Assembly: GCF_009914755.1 (NCBI RefSeq)
Contig: NC_060925.1
Origin: the human T2T-CHM13v2.0 reference genome, Homo sapiens
Reading direction: 5' to 3' (one strand)
Length of the DNA stretch: 64,000 bases
Position numbers and translations under genes: made by a program
Shown: positions 42,864 through 57,055 of the stretch, one piece after another
Position numbering within the stretch: position 1 is the first letter of the stretch
Layout: each line of letters opens with the position of its first letter
The notes under the pieces: generated by a model
Databases searched by the model: none
Told to the model about the DNA's origin: nothing
The model's input: the letters and a program-made list of their open reading frames with translations, nothing else

Positions 42864-44176
42864 GGCTGTTGGATTTGGCCTGCTATTGCTCTGTGCTCTA
42901 TACTAAGCAAATATTTATCACCTCCATTCTTTCACTCTCTTCCTTCATATACCTTACCTACTACATTCATTCTCTTTTAAAGCATAAATGTGATCATGTC
43001 ACAGTCTCACTTACAAACTTTCACTGATAAATTCTAGTTCTGATCATGACAGAACAGACTGTATCAGATCAACTCTTCTGCAAGAAAATCTATAACACTA
43101 GATATACTAAAGAACACAGCTGTTTGAAGTTAATAGACAGGAACCAAAGTAGCCAGGACTGGAAGGGTCCATATCGTAGAGAAAAGGGAAGCACATGGAG
43201 GGAAGCTGCACCTGCCCCTTCCATTTCTCACTTCAGTGAATTTTTCCCTTCACAGCATAGCACATAGAGGCCAAACTGAAGAAAGTAGCATAGAGCTTTG
43301 GGATTTTTTAGAGGCAAGTCTAAGGTTCCTGAGTCAGTCAAGGCTTAGGGACCAAAATCCCAGAGAAAATGGAACTTTCTGCAAAACAGTCTGTATAGTT
43401 TTTGCTCTTGAATTGTTTGCTGAATCCCATGTGGCAAAAGACTGAGAGGCTCAGAAACCAATTTCTGGTTTGAAAGCAGTACCCTATAATGCAAATATTT
43501 AGCCAAGAACTAAAAGACATGGCCTTTAACTTAAACATACTTAACCATCTCATTGAAAAGGGCCTAACACTGGCACATGAAATGGCATTAAAACAACAAG
43601 ACAAAAGAAATTAATACAGAAATGAAACACAGGCACGGATGAAACAACATCTTCAGGGTTCTTCAGCCTGTGATTCATCGGCATCGTACTTTTAAGCCTC
43701 TGTGATTTCTGTTCCATCAAATTCTCTTTGTCATTTCCTAGATGGGTCCAGTTAATTTTAACAAATTGTTGTCTTACAGAAAGTTCAACTTCTTTGCCTA
43801 TCTCCCCAAAAAAATGCTTTGAGACTAGTCTTATCTTGAAACTCTCCAAAAGTATGACAGTCATTGACGAACTGAGGTAACAAATACTAATATACTATTC
43901 ACATTTGTGTTTGCAATCTCACACAAGAAAGCATCAAGATGCTTTTTGGCTTTGTAGATATCATAGTCCTTTTAAAACTTTCCATTATTCCCATTTGTTA
44001 ACTTGATTTAAGCATCTTCTCATACATTGTGTAGAAACAAAACAAACTCATTATATAATATTTTAAACAATATGGAAAATGTTTAAAAATTTTTTAAACT
44101 CACTTAGTATCCAGCACTCAGTAATAATTATCCTTAATATCCCTGGAAAAATTAAGATAGATGGATTGATGGATAG

Positions 44177-44705
44177 TGTGGTAGGCAGAATAATGACCCC
44201 CTAAAGACGTCCACACCCCAATTCCTGTTGATATATTACCTTATATGTCAAAAGGGACTTTGGAGAGATGATTAAGATTATGAACATTGAGATGGCAATA
44301 TTTTTCTGAATTAATCACCTGAGTCCTTAAAAGTAGAGAATAGTTCCAGATTTTTATCAAAGAGATGCAATGTTGGAAGAAGAATTAGACAGATATAATG
44401 TGAGGACTTGCCCTGCCTTCTCCGGCTCTGAGGATGAAGAAAGGAGGCCATAAGCCAAGGAAAGCAGGTGGCTTCTAGAAGCTGGGAATGGCCTTTAGTT
44501 TATATACAGCAAGAAAATAAGGCCTTCAGTCCTAGAAATGAAAGAAACTGAATTCTATCAACAACTCCAAAGAGAGGAAAACGATTCTCCAAAGAACACA
44601 TTTCTGCTAACACCTTGATTTTATCCGTGAGATCCATATTAGGCTTCTGACCTATTGAATTGTAGTTTTGGTAATTTGTTATGGCAGCAGTAGAAAACTA
44701 ATACA
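44177..44705 (+). mobile_element. MLT1D/E MaLR solo LTR
   Basis: tgtggtaggcagaataatgacccc ... ttgttatggcagcagtagaaaactaataca; TSD gatag/tatag. Confidence 0.85.
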
Positions 44706-44959
44706 TATAGAAAAATATATAGATGCAGGGCATTCCGAAAAAGACTCATTGTAAATTATACAATATCATTTATATATCACATTTTAGAATAAAAACTAGT
44801 TTATTAAATATTATATGAATTTACTAGAAACTAAAAATTAAAACTGAACTATTCCTTTATAAGAGATTTGCTTCTTTAAAAACCACCTATTTTTAAAGAT
44901 TATGAAAAAATCTCGAAGTGTTGGAATCACTTAAAAAAAAAACTGTTTCTGATTGAGAC

Positions 44960-46050
44960 AGTATCTATTGACCTTAACATATGAGGAAATTAGCATACTC
45001 TCACTTCCTCCCATTCTCCTCTCCATCTCTAAATTTTATTTACTGTATTATTTAATTTACTACATCAGAGTTTATAACATTCATATTTTTTCTCCAAGAG
45101 TTTTTGAGTTGTTATTTCTATGATTTAGTGCTCAACACCAATCCTTTTTACGATGGCTTCTTTATTCATGGGTTTTAAAATTTTGATTCATTTTTGGTTG
45201 ACTGGAAAAAATAACTATGTAACATTTTTTCACTGAAGGCCCTTGAGTGGTGTGTTCCCTGAGTTCTTGCATATAATGAATGCTTTAAACTTTGAGCTTG
45301 AAGGGTAAGATGGTTTGGTATAAAATTCCTTGATTATATTTTATTTCCTTGAGAAGACTGGCAGATATTGCACTGCTGCCCTATGACACTAGATGTTGCT
45401 ATGAAGAGACTGCAGCTAACCAAGTATTACATTCGTCTATAATTTTATTGTTAAATGTTTCTTCTCCTGATAGAAAAGCATTCTTCCTTTACCTCTGAAG
45501 TTCTCTGGAATATATCTTTGTGTGCATAGTTTTAAATGAATCATTTTGTAAGATAGGGTGAACCCTGTTTATCTGTACATCTGGTCTTATTTCAAAAGAT
45601 TTATCTGCTATTATATATTTTTATATTTTTTCTGTGGCCCTTTTGTAGTTTTCTCTTCATTAACTAGAGTTGTGTTTTCAGTCATGTTGACTAAGTTTTT
45701 CTTTTCTAAACAGCTTTCATCTCTACAATATTTTTATTTTTCTCTTCCATTTCTTTCCCGATAACTGCAACCTCTCTTCTCAGCTTCTGCTGTTTTAGGT
45801 TGTTTTTTGCCCTTGAAAACTAGCATTTTTTTGAGACTTTTTTTGAACAGAGATCAAGTGGCCTACATTTTCTTAAAACTGAAATTTTTGCCTTTCACTA
45901 TTTAATTACTGCTGCCCTATATTTTTTCATTTGCCCTCTTATTATGTTTTTTTTTCTGTTTTGTCATGTAGTTTATGTTTGTAGGCCCCATGCTAGTTCC
46001 TCTGTGATTATTACCCATCTTAAAATGTAGCTAGCTATTTATGCAAGAAT
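44960..46050 (-). mobile_element. old L1M/HAL1 ORF1-region fragment
   Basis: tggtataaaattccttgattatattttatttccttgag...gatgttgctatgaagagactg resembles antisense ORF1. Confidence 0.55.
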
Positions 46051-47059
46051 ACTGTGAGGAGATGAAAAGCGTTAAGTCAAGGCAGTCAGCAAATTCTATG
46101 GGATGTGTGTCTTAAACACTCTCCTAACAAGTCTGCTATTGCCTCGAAAAAATAGCAAAGAGATAAGCAAAAGGAGTTGCTGCCCTTGAGCACATTAAAA
46201 AAAAATAGTACCTTTCAATGACATTTTTAAAAATAGGTTGAAATGAAGCCTAAAATGAAAAGACTTTGGGGTTGGTCTTCTCATTGTACAATTGAAATGT
46301 CAATGTTCAAACTGTGCTGGCTCATCAAACTGTATCACATCCCTTTTACAGTTGTTTGCACCACCCCTCCTTCACCTGATAGCATCACTTCTTTACTATA
46401 GAGGGTTAAAAAATGGAGAATAAGAGGGTTTGTTGACCTGTGTCTCTCAGTACCATCTCCCCACTTCTTTTCTTGGCCCACCCATACTCCTAAATCTCAT
46501 CTGTAATGCAAAGATCCTTATAAAAGATCATTTCAGTAAAAGGACATTTACTATTAGGGAAATAATAGGTTCTGCTCAGCCTCTTCCTCAACTCTCTTTC
46601 AGACTACACATTAGAGCGGTGTGCTTATGTATGCAAGTTTTCAGTTATAGCTGATACTTTGTTTTTTTATATGGAGTGTCTTTTTCTAGTTTAAATTTTT
46701 ATAGTTTTTATTGGTGGGTTTTGAGGGAAAGAAATAGAAAAAAATGCTTTTACTTAGTCATTTTTAACCATCACTCTCAGATAATATTTCTTAAACCAAA
46801 AATAAATGAAACCCTTGGTTATAGAATTGGGGTAGAATCTGGACATAGGTAAATAACCTAGATATTAGAATGATAATCATTAAATGACAAAATGGAAAGA
46901 AGTCAATGCCCATGGGAATTACCAGAACAAAGAAGTTTTTAAAATGCAGCATATTCAGGTTACAGCATTTTTTTAATCTGAGGAATGATGTGGTGGAAAA
47001 AACAATCTTCAAAAACAGTAAATGTAATTTATACTCTTGATTTAGCTTTTTAAACAGCA

Positions 47060-47770
47060 GATAGATCTCCAGTAATATTCTGAAGGGGTCTTGGACTTTC
47101 CGCACAAAAAGCATGAGGGGTTTCAGCTGCAGTTTCAGATCATTTCCATCAAATAGGAGTGTCAGTTGGCCCATCACAGCTTTAAACGTTGTTTATATCA
47201 TATTTTCAGGCATCTTATTCTAAAATAGATCAATTTCATCTATGTTGAAGATCCATTGAAGCAAATAAACCTTTTCGTGATAATCACAGCAAGGGTAATA
47301 GGGAACTTCTTGGCAGTAACATTTCCACCTTCAGCGTGCTGACCACTCACTTTGATGTTGTGCAGATTGGAGTAAGTTCCATCTGGGGCTTGATGAAAGT
47401 TTCATCAGTGTTCCACTATGCTTAGCTTTTAGGTTCTCAAATTCTTAACCTTCCATTGAATTTACATTAAGATAATGCACACTCAGAATTTACTTTGATC
47501 CTCTAGTCACACACTCAAAAGATTTTCCATCAATCACATTTTTTCATCTGTTAATTATAGTTGAATATATATGTGCTGTACGTTTTTGCATTATGACTGA
47601 TTCACTCTGTATTTCAGAATTTTCTCACTGTCAAATGATTAATTCACAACGCATTACAATTATTTTCATTGCCTCACCCCTTTCCACTTTTTAATTATCT
47701 CAATTCTGTTTGCACCATAACCTATAACTCTCCTTACTAGAACTTTTAACATTGCAATTATTGTTATGTT
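47060..47770 (-). pseudogene. Tigger/pogo-family transposase remnant
   Basis: frameshifted minus-strand translation gives MENLLSV*LEDQ, NLHNIKVSG, AKKFP, WIFNIDEIDLF*NKMP, FKAVMGQLTLLFDGN and LKP in pogo order. Confidence 0.8.
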
Positions 47771-48056
47771 GTGATTAATAATATTCCCCAAACTCCTCAA
47801 AACTAAACAAGATCACTGGAAACATGTAGGCCTACACAAATGACAATGACAGAGGATAAGATGCTTTTTGTTGTCAATACCACACCTGATGGTTTAGGAG
47901 AATGTGCACTAGTACACAGATGTCTTGGTCAAGGGTTTGTGAAAATATATCTTTTTGAGCCTTGAAAGACACATTTGGTAATTCTGCTAAGTCACTAGCT
48001 GATTTAATAATGCTGCTTTTCTGGGTCAGTGATCTCAATTAGGAATATGAGCAACT

Positions 48057-48378
48057 GGTAGGGGAGTGCGGTGGCTCACGCCTGTAATCCCAGCACTTTG
48101 GGAGGCCCAGGCAGGTGGATTCACTTGAGGTCAGGAGTTCGAGACCAGCCTGGCCAACATGGTGAAACCGAATCTCTACTAAAAATGCAAAAATTAGCCA
48201 GTCGTCATGGTACGTGCCTGTAATCCTAGCTACTGGGGAAGCTGAAGCAGGAGAATCTCTTGAATCCAGGAGGCAGAGGCTGCAGTGAGCTAAGATCACG
48301 CCACTGCACTCCAGCCAGGCTGACAAAGCAAGACTCCATCTCAAAAAAGAAAAAAAAAAAAGAAAGAAAGAAAAGAAA
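48057..48378 (+). mobile_element. full-length AluS (AluSz-like)
   Basis: tcacttgaggtcaggagttcgagaccagcctggccaacatgg; A/GAAA tail; TSD aggaatatgagcaact (48041-48056) / agaaacatgagcaact (48379-48394). Confidence 0.95.
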
Positions 48379-51300
48379 AGAAACATGAGCAACTATTGCT
48401 ATGTTCCTGAAAAAGTTAGAATATTTGGCTAAAAATGGACTCTACTGGCATTACAATAGTTTTATTTGTACCTCAGCTTTCACATAAGGAAAATCTTGAC
48501 CTCTTACTCTAAGGAGACAGATCTTATTTTAATGACTACCTAACTCCTTCCACATGGTAGCATCCTCTCCTTTAAAAGTTTAGAGATGTGCTGCTTAATA
48601 CTCTTCAAGTTAGGCAGTAGATTGTTACATTTTTATTTCCATCTGCATAAATGTGAAGGTTACTTATGGAGAAGACCTCAGTATCACTGACATTTAGAGA
48701 GAAAGCCTACAGTATTCATTCACTTCCCATTCATTAAACGATTAAGCTAGATGATTTAAAACATACTTCCCCATTTCCCCCTTCTTATCCCGGCATCTTA
48801 CACAAGGCAAAAAAAGACATAGTCAAATATTTTTATGGTAAGAAAGAGGGCATTACTTGGTATTTGTAGCTATCGTGCAATATAATGACATTAAAATCTT
48901 CTAATTCTCCGCTTGGGCTCCAAAATGTTGGCCTCGGAATTAATAAGAATCTATTTATTACCAGCATTTATCCACAAGGTCCTTGGAAATCCCACAGTAC
49001 TAGCTTCTGATAGGTCCATTACAGCTGTGAAAAATGAAAATGCATGTATCATGACTTTATTTATTCCTTCTCAAATACACACTTTTCCAAATGGAATTCT
49101 ATGGTTTGGTTTTCTTAGAAGGAAAAGAAATGTGACCTATAGTATGATTGCTGTTATTTGGAATATCATTGAAATGCATTTAACTAGGCATCTACTGTTT
49201 GGGGAATTTGCAGTGATTGAGTTTCAGTTCATTACTTTCAGGGCTACGGTGCTATTGTCAGGGCCTCAAAATCAGTGAGATAGCCTCAACCCAGGTCAGG
49301 GAGGCTACAATAGCACAAAGGCAATTATGCTGCAAGAAAAATGTTGTCCACTAATCAGCTGGCAATCAATTACTAAGAAGAGAAGATAACCTTCTCCCCA
49401 CTCCAGCTCTTCAGTATCAATAGTGCCATCGTGTAATGACTTTAGGCTTGCGCAGGTGCATGAAAGGACAGACTCTATAGCACACTGCATCGAAGATTAA
49501 TGAGTTCTGTCAATTTGCCCAGCAGACATCTGATTCTCCAGCTTTCTGTAGCTACTAGTTTTACACTTGCCTCAGGGTTTTTCCCCCTGAAAAAATTAGC
49601 TAGTAATTTAAATACATTCAATAAGCGTACATCCTTATGGCAGGAAAAAAACACCCTAATTTTGCAATGAAGTATGAACTGAAAAGACTCTTCATCTGAA
49701 TATTAACACAGCAAGTGGTTTATAATGGCAGTATTCTTTTAGTCATACTTTATTTTTAGTTGTCGCAATTAGTGATATACAGGATTCAGAGGCTATATAA
49801 ACCCCTCAAAGTGGAATCATGTAAATCCAACATCCCTGATATTCTCCATTCCCCTGCTGAAAAGGAAACAACTGTGAGAGCTTCAGTAAGTTACGGAACT
49901 GTTTTAAAGCCTCCTGCAATACAAATGGTTTGACGAAGGAGACTTTTAGCCCACTGATTTTCTGGGTAAAAGCCATTGAGACCTTCCCCACACCCCCACC
50001 TCGAAGGAGAATGCAGCATTGGCCCAGAGGACTTGGTCACCCAGGCCTATACATTTATGTCAGAACAGGAATTGCCTATAAACTGAAATGAATATCAGGA
50101 AATTTGCTGTTGCTCTAAATTGATATTTTATAACCCAACTACTGTAAAATCTCATAATCTTTAAATACACGAGGTCAATGTTCTAAATGGCTATTTTATG
50201 ATGCTCCCTAAAACCTGCGATTTGTTTCTCGTGAGGACCTAAGTCTTCCTAGTTCATGACTCTCCCTCGATTGCTCTTTCAATGAGTGTATGAATAAAAG
50301 GAGAAAAGCCTCTGACTCAGAAACATTATTTGTTCCTTTACCTTCCTACCTCCATTCAATGTCACAATCACCCATCCATGAAATCTTTTTCCAGACTACA
50401 CTGATTGGATATTAGATTTTGCTAATTAATTCTTTGTATTAATGTCTTCTGATGAAATGTTATCAACCGCTTCCAGTAAAAATAAATAAACAAAGACATT
50501 TTTAAAAAGGAAAAAAACTCAGCCCCATTATAACTTGATTTTCATATAAATGGATTTAAGCCTACCTAAATGTTATAGTTATGTTGATCATTGATCCATG
50601 TTCAATGGCTGATGCTGTTTAAATTATTATTTTTTAGAGTAAGAAACAATAGATTAGGAAATACTTTTGATCTGGAGAAACTATTCCTAAGAAGATACCA
50701 CTACCTGTGCTTCCTTGAAAAAATGAAAAGTCTCGTGTTCTCAAGCCACTAATCTTCAAAGTTGGAAACATTTTGAAACCCACATCAGTCACAGATTCTT
50801 CATCCAAAAGAAATGAGAGACACATAATTGAAGCCATGACCTCATATGAGTCAGCAAGGACTAATGTCACCTCATCTCCACTATAAAAAGATCTTAGCTG
50901 CTTGAATTTTGCTCTGCATAGTTTTACCTACGTCAATATCTGTTTATCCATCCAGGATATGAAAATGAGATTATTTTTCCCAAATATCTATTACCTTTGA
51001 ATGAAGTCTTTGGCAGGCCTTTCATATGGGTCAACTATAAGAGTGTCCTGCTCAGAGCTGAGAGCTGTTCTGCCTGGAGACATAATTCTGGGAGCCTAAC
51101 CCTGACGCATAAGAACCCAGGCTGCTATTTGGAGTGCTCCTACAGGTATCAAAGACAGAGCTAATCTCAATCACATTTAATCGCAAATTGAAATATATGC
51201 TTATGCATGCATATGTAACCAAGTTCTTAAATACCATTTGACTACTAATTTTGGGTCAAAATTAATGGGGTACTTTAGAAACCAGTATCTAAGATCTATT

Positions 51301-52234
51301 TGGATGTTCTGGCTAAAAAATAGAACTGTGTGAATTGAATGGATATGCAAGGAAATTAGACAATACTATGCACAATATTAGCACTGTCTTCCAAAAAAAA
51401 TCTAGGTTCATTAGTCTCTTAATATCACTGTTTTGGGATTGGATAGTATTGTCTGATCCTCAGGTATATACTAATCATTATCATTAGATTAAAAAAAAAG
51501 ACAACTCTTATAGAGATAAAAAACCTCTGGATCCCTGCAAACTCAGACTATGGAGGGCAGAAGAAAAACTGAATTTAATTTCAAAATATCTTTAAGGAGG
51601 AGGGGGCAGAAACTTAAATAAATATAAGCAGAAGAAAAGGTCATAGGAGAACAGAGTGATTTCCTATCTCTGCTCCATACTAGTCCTGGGTGTGTTTTAT
51701 CTGGATGGTTTTCAGTCATCAGGCAGAGCACTTCTCAGGCAGGGGCTGCCTTTAACTGGAAAGGGCCTACTATGACAGCCAATGCCAGCCTGTCCCTTTG
51801 ATGCACATCCTGCAGGTGGCTGCATGATTACATATAGAGGTAAGCCTGGTGTCTACTTAAACATAAAGATATTTCCTGTAGACACCAATCTCAGTTTATT
51901 GCAGCCAAGAAAGAGATTTAATTAGCCTGCCATGAAATAAAATGGCTGATAGAAACAAACACCTTGTCTCTGTTTCCCACTCTGTGAAACCAATCACCTC
52001 TTCGAAAGCATCTATTCAGAACTTACCTAGTACACATGCTAGGATAAATCCCCAAAGCAGGGCACGTTTAAAATGTAGGCCTCAGAACGATTTTTCAGCC
52101 TGTCATCCAATACTCAGAAACATCAGAAATATCAGAAACACCGTCATTAAATACTCCAAATATGAAACCATTTAACTGTAAAATAAAATTTTATATTTAA
52201 ATTCAAAGAAAAGCCTAAAAGCTTTTTCAACTTT

Positions 52235-52460
52235 TAAAATAATGATAACTAACAGTGTTCATTGAAGTCAGACACTGTTCCAAGTACTTTACATGTGCTA
52301 ACGCTTTTAGTCTTCCTGACAACTTTATAAAATAGGTACTATTATTGTCCCCTTTTTACAGATGAGGAAACTAAACTGGAGAAAGGTTTAGTCATTTGGA
52401 CAAGGTCAAACAGCTGATACATAGCAAACCCAGGGAGTTTCTCTTCGGTCTATGCTTTTT
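52235..52460 (-). mobile_element. MIR
   Basis: taggtactattattgtcccctttttacagatgaggaaactaaa...aaggtcaaacagctg. Confidence 0.8.
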
Positions 52461-53002
52461 TTTTTTTTTTACCACCACATTATGTGTAGAAGTTTTAAAT
52501 GATCATCCTACAATAAAAGATAAAAACCAAAGAAATAATTTTTAAATTGTATGAAATAATAGACAATAATGAGCATAGCATATAATTGGGCAATATCGTG
52601 ATAGAGCTATTTAATCAACCTGACATATCAAAACTCTCGACTTGTAAGTCCAAGGCTGAGTCAATTAAATTTCCTGAACTCACTAGAGTTTCTCTTCAGT
52701 GTTCATCTTGGATGTCCATTTTTCATGCAAAGAATTTTTGTGGTGAACTTGTGCTGTGCATCCTGGGATTTCAGCCACATGACATACAGCTATTGGACTT
52801 TTTCTGGTAAGAGCATATATGAGAATCAGCCTGGACGGAAGATCATCTTTTTCTCAGAGGACCTACTAAGGACTGCAGAAAGTCCTCAACACCCTCCAGT
52901 ACTCCCACATTGCCTACATGTTCTCCCTCTAATACCCCAAGCTTGGTAGGCTTTGGATGGAGTATTAAGATACACTAGCAACAGTTTAAGCAACTGCCTT
53001 GA

Positions 53003-53508
53003 TGTATCATTTTGGTAATAGGCTCAGCTACACATAACAGAAAATTGGATTTATGGTGGGTAAACCAAATAAAAGTTGTCTTTTTTTTTTTCATACAATA
53101 AGAGATCACAAAGTTGACCGTCCAGGGCTGGTGTGGCAGTAGCATGATGTCATCGGTGAAACAGCTTTCTTCTCTCTTCACTACATGTTAGGGATGTGGA
53201 CCCACTCTGCATAGCCTTAGACACTATGATTTGGACACAGACAGGATGAAGGGAGAAGAGCAAGGTGAAAAGAATGTGCCAGCTGAGCCTGGCTGTTATC
53301 TAAGGAACTTCCCTGAGACTCCTGCTCTGAGATTTCTGTTTATATCTCATTGTCCAAAACTGCATCACATTGTCATCCTCAGTCGACAAAAAAGTCTGGG
53401 AAATGTGTTTTTTAGCTGGGCATTTTGCCACCAGGAAAAATAATTTCAATTATGACAGCAATAAAGAAGAAAAGAATAGAATTAGGTAGTCAACTCTCAG
53501 TCTGCCAC
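53003..53508 (-). mobile_element. MLT1J-like LTR
   Basis: tgtatc...cataacagaaaa...tatatctcattgtccaaaactgcatcacat...gtctgggaaatgtg...cagtctgccaca. Confidence 0.65.
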
Positions 53509-54114
53509 ATTCACATTAGTCATGGATGGAAGAATCCTCACATTGCTGCATCTCACCCCTACTTAACCAATTCCTCAATTTAGAATCTGTCATCTGCAGC
53601 TCAGATATGTAAGAATACTTTTGGTTATAAGTAAAAAAAAAATAATTCAAACTAGCTTACATGTAAAGGGAAATTTAATAAGTTTACATAACTTAATCGT
53701 ATAGGGTATACTGGCATCAGCTACAGCTAAATCCAGGAGCTTAAACAGTCTCACAGAGCCCTTCTCCTCTACCTCCTCCTTCTCCTCTTCTTCCTCTTAG
53801 ATAAGCTTTCTCTATGTAGTACAGGAAATGGCTTCTGACCATCTTACCCTATAAACTTAGCTTTCCCAGTGGAAAGATGATTTTGTATAGTACTGAGGTT
53901 CCAAAGATAAATAAAATAGTATCCTACATTTAAGAAGTTCATAAGTGCGATGGAAAAGCTTTAATTTTCTTGAATGAATCAAGCTATGTGAAATAAAGTA
54001 TTATACCCCTATTTACTTTAAGTATTTTTTGAAATTTATCTTTCATCCCTAGTTTGTACTAGTATCCATCACTGTTAGATAAATATCCCTTGAACTCTAA
54101 AGTCATAAGACTGG

Positions 54115-54330
54115 GCATCATGTCCCAGAGTGTATTCCAAAAGCAGAAGTTCTAGCATGCTACCTAAATGTACCATACCTAACAAAGTGTCAGAAATCAT
54201 GCATGCTACATCTTATTCTTACAGACTGTAAACGTTCATTAGCATGTTAAAGATTCCAGTAGGTCCTAAAGTAAGAACATCTGTATAATTTATATAATCC
54301 AGCATTTTCCAAATTGTAGCACACAATAGT
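54115..54330 (+). mobile_element. MER103C-like hAT element
   Basis: cattagcatgttaaagattccagtaggtcctaaagtaagaacatctg...cagcattttccaaattg. Confidence 0.5.
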
Positions 54331-57054
54331 TTTGTTGTTGTGGTGGTTGTTATCGTTTTACTTGAGTAGAAGAAACTCAGCCCTACAAAACTAGTCCTTG
54401 GATTTATAAGGAAATTTTAAAAGGCAGGAAATAAATGAGAATTATAATTCACATTTTATAATACGTCACACATTATCTGCCACAGTAAAGACAAAATTCC
54501 ATGTTCATGTCATAATATGCATCATAACTACACCAAAGGTAAACAGTGACCAAAGCAATGAAAATAGGAGAGAAAAGTTCACTTTTGTATGTACTGGGAG
54601 ACTGAGTTATTTCTTTCGGAAGCAGCTCTATCTTCCAACAGGAATCTAAGTGCATTTTGACAGCAGAATGCTGAATGGTTCATGTTGTTTACTCTACTTA
54701 ATTACACACTGAAGTACCTGGAAATGAAATACGTCTTTTTATGCGCAACATACCTAATGCAGCAGTGTCTAAGTTGAAACTACATGGTGCTCTTTGTGTC
54801 TGGCATGTTGTTCAGTGGCTTTCACATTAATAGGCTCCCTGTGTACTTCAAACTGACAATAACCATAAGCCTCAGCAACATCTAAACTCATCTAGTTTCC
54901 CTCCATTGGTACACTTTCTGCTTCCCTACATTCACGCCACTGTGTAAGCCATTTCTGCTTTGCCAATGCCCTATTCTGAAGCTGATGCAATGCCCCCCAA
55001 CTCAAATCCCACTTCCTCTGTGAAGTCATCCCTGACAATAATATTGGTTAATATTTACTGGGCACTTACCATGTGCCATGCTGTAAGTGCTTTGTACACG
55101 TAATTCATTTCATCCTCACATATCTTGAAGTCCAATGGGGTCAATTTGATCATTTTTTTCCATCTTATGTGAGTCCTAGCCATCACATCCTGGTCACTTC
55201 CTTTTCTAATTGAAAATTAAAGCACTATTTTAGAAAATTTCCATTGACATGTGTGTTTATTGATAGAACAGGAACTGTTCCCATCCCTTGACCATTTGAC
55301 ACAGCACTAGTTGCAGGTGTTTTGTGGCAGACTGTAAATATAAAAGGTTATATAGAGTGTATTGAACTAAGGCTGCCTCTGCCTCTGTTGAGGGATATGT
55401 TAGGTTGTTAAAATCAAGTAAATAGAAGCTTACTGGGACACATGGACATTGAACATCATCGTAATCTAACCACACTCTAAGCTGTCCAAAGTCTGAATCA
55501 GATGTTTTATATATATAAAGTCTGTTATATAAAAAGAAAGAGGCAGGAATCCATTCACTGAAACTGATATTGTGCCTTTAAAAAGTATTTGATTTGAGCA
55601 TTTAAAATGCTGTGCTCCACTGCTGGTTTAATTTTTATAAATGTTCTCTCCCTTATAGATCTTCTCAATAGCCACATCAGAGGAGTGTGAAGCAAGAATA
55701 AGCTCCTCATTCAGGCACTCAGTACACTCCTGCTTGATTGGAATGGATATTGTACATAATATGTCCCTACAGATGTTTCCTCCAGTGGGGCACATTGAAT
55801 TTCATTTAAATGCCAAGGCACAAAATCTAAAACAATGTGACTTTAACAAAAAATCTGATGAGGAATTTGATGAGAAAATGGCAAGAATTCCTGTGGCATT
55901 TGGGTAACAATTTCAAGCCTTCATTTTAATAGAATAAACAGGATCATATTTCATTCAAATCTGGCAATGAGATGAGCTTTGGGTATTACATTGATATAAA
56001 CCAATAAAGAATTTGCAAATTTGAAGCACTAATTAACAGACACAATATTAAATGAAAAAAGTTTGCTCCAGGGGCAAATATATTTTGAAGACTCTAAACT
56101 TTTATTAAAAGACATTTTTGAATCACTTCTTTTGTAGTTTATGCTTTTGCTGGTTTTTACAAAATATAGGAGTACTGTGACATTTTCAAACTGACACCTA
56201 TAATATGGCATCTGATATTCCTTTTTTTCCCACCTTTTTGGAGGCAATACATCAGTGTCACAATGTTTTGAAATGTAGAGAAAAATAAGCCAAAAAATGA
56301 ACCCCAATATCACAGAAGAGTCAAAATAAGTTTCATTTAAAATATTCTGTCAGTGTTTAGAGTTCAATAAACTGCAGATGTTCAAGTTGACCATAGTAGG
56401 TACATCCCAGAACAATTATCAAAGCTATTCCCAGGGTATAACAAATTAGGCCAACTACCTCAAGAGTAGGGTGAGTACTCAGAAAGATAGTCAGAAGGGC
56501 AGAAGCACATGGTTCTACTACCTTGTACTGGAAGAGACCTCAAGATTTTACTCGTGTAGTCAGGTGATAATTTCACCGCCACCATCAGCATGCCAATGGC
56601 ATCTACCCACACATCACATGAATGTCTTTGTGCCTTGCTGTATCCTAGATGTCTCTGGGGTGCTAATATGAGCCTAATTTCCCCTGGAAAAATATGTGAA
56701 GGGAGGTAAAGGGATGGGTGTAAGGAGACAACGGTGGATTTAACTTGGGTCTTGCAAGCAGATAATACTTCTTAAATGAATGATCTATTAATTTTTAATT
56801 CTATATGAATAAAGTTATTTCATGATAGTTCTAGAGGAAGAACTCTCTGAAGCCTTTGCTTACTGGTCACAAGTGCACTACAGAAAGAGAATTTTCTCTA
56901 CCTAATTGCAATGCTGCACAGTTGCTTTCTTGAGACTACAATATCTAAGACATATGTATCTTAAGACTCATACTTCAGAAAATGGGAATGTCAGCCAGAA
57001 TGTTAAAGAATCAAATATACGAGACAAACCTTCACCTGAGATGATGTGATCTGG

Positions 57055-57055
<1 letters not shown>

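Larger units (their letters stand above)
41914..42900. mobile_element. MER58A split by an MLT2B LTR
   Basis: gggtatggctgtgttccaataaaacttta before the LTR and ggatttggcctgc after it. Confidence 0.7.

Noticed and set aside
46791-47177. 128-aa ORF as a domesticated TIGD-like gene
   Set aside because: Only the first ~25 residues are transposase-like; upstream motifs contain stops and frameshifts
48039-48392. 117-aa minus-strand ORF
   Set aside because: Antisense Alu translation, a common artefact
50846-50856. NRF2/MAF-type motif ATGAGTCAGCA
   Set aside because: A single short motif is plausible by chance in 64 kb
52114-52141. Triple 9-mer tcagaaaca/tcagaaata and similar micro-duplications (~2076, ~36731)
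   Set aside because: Ordinary slippage products
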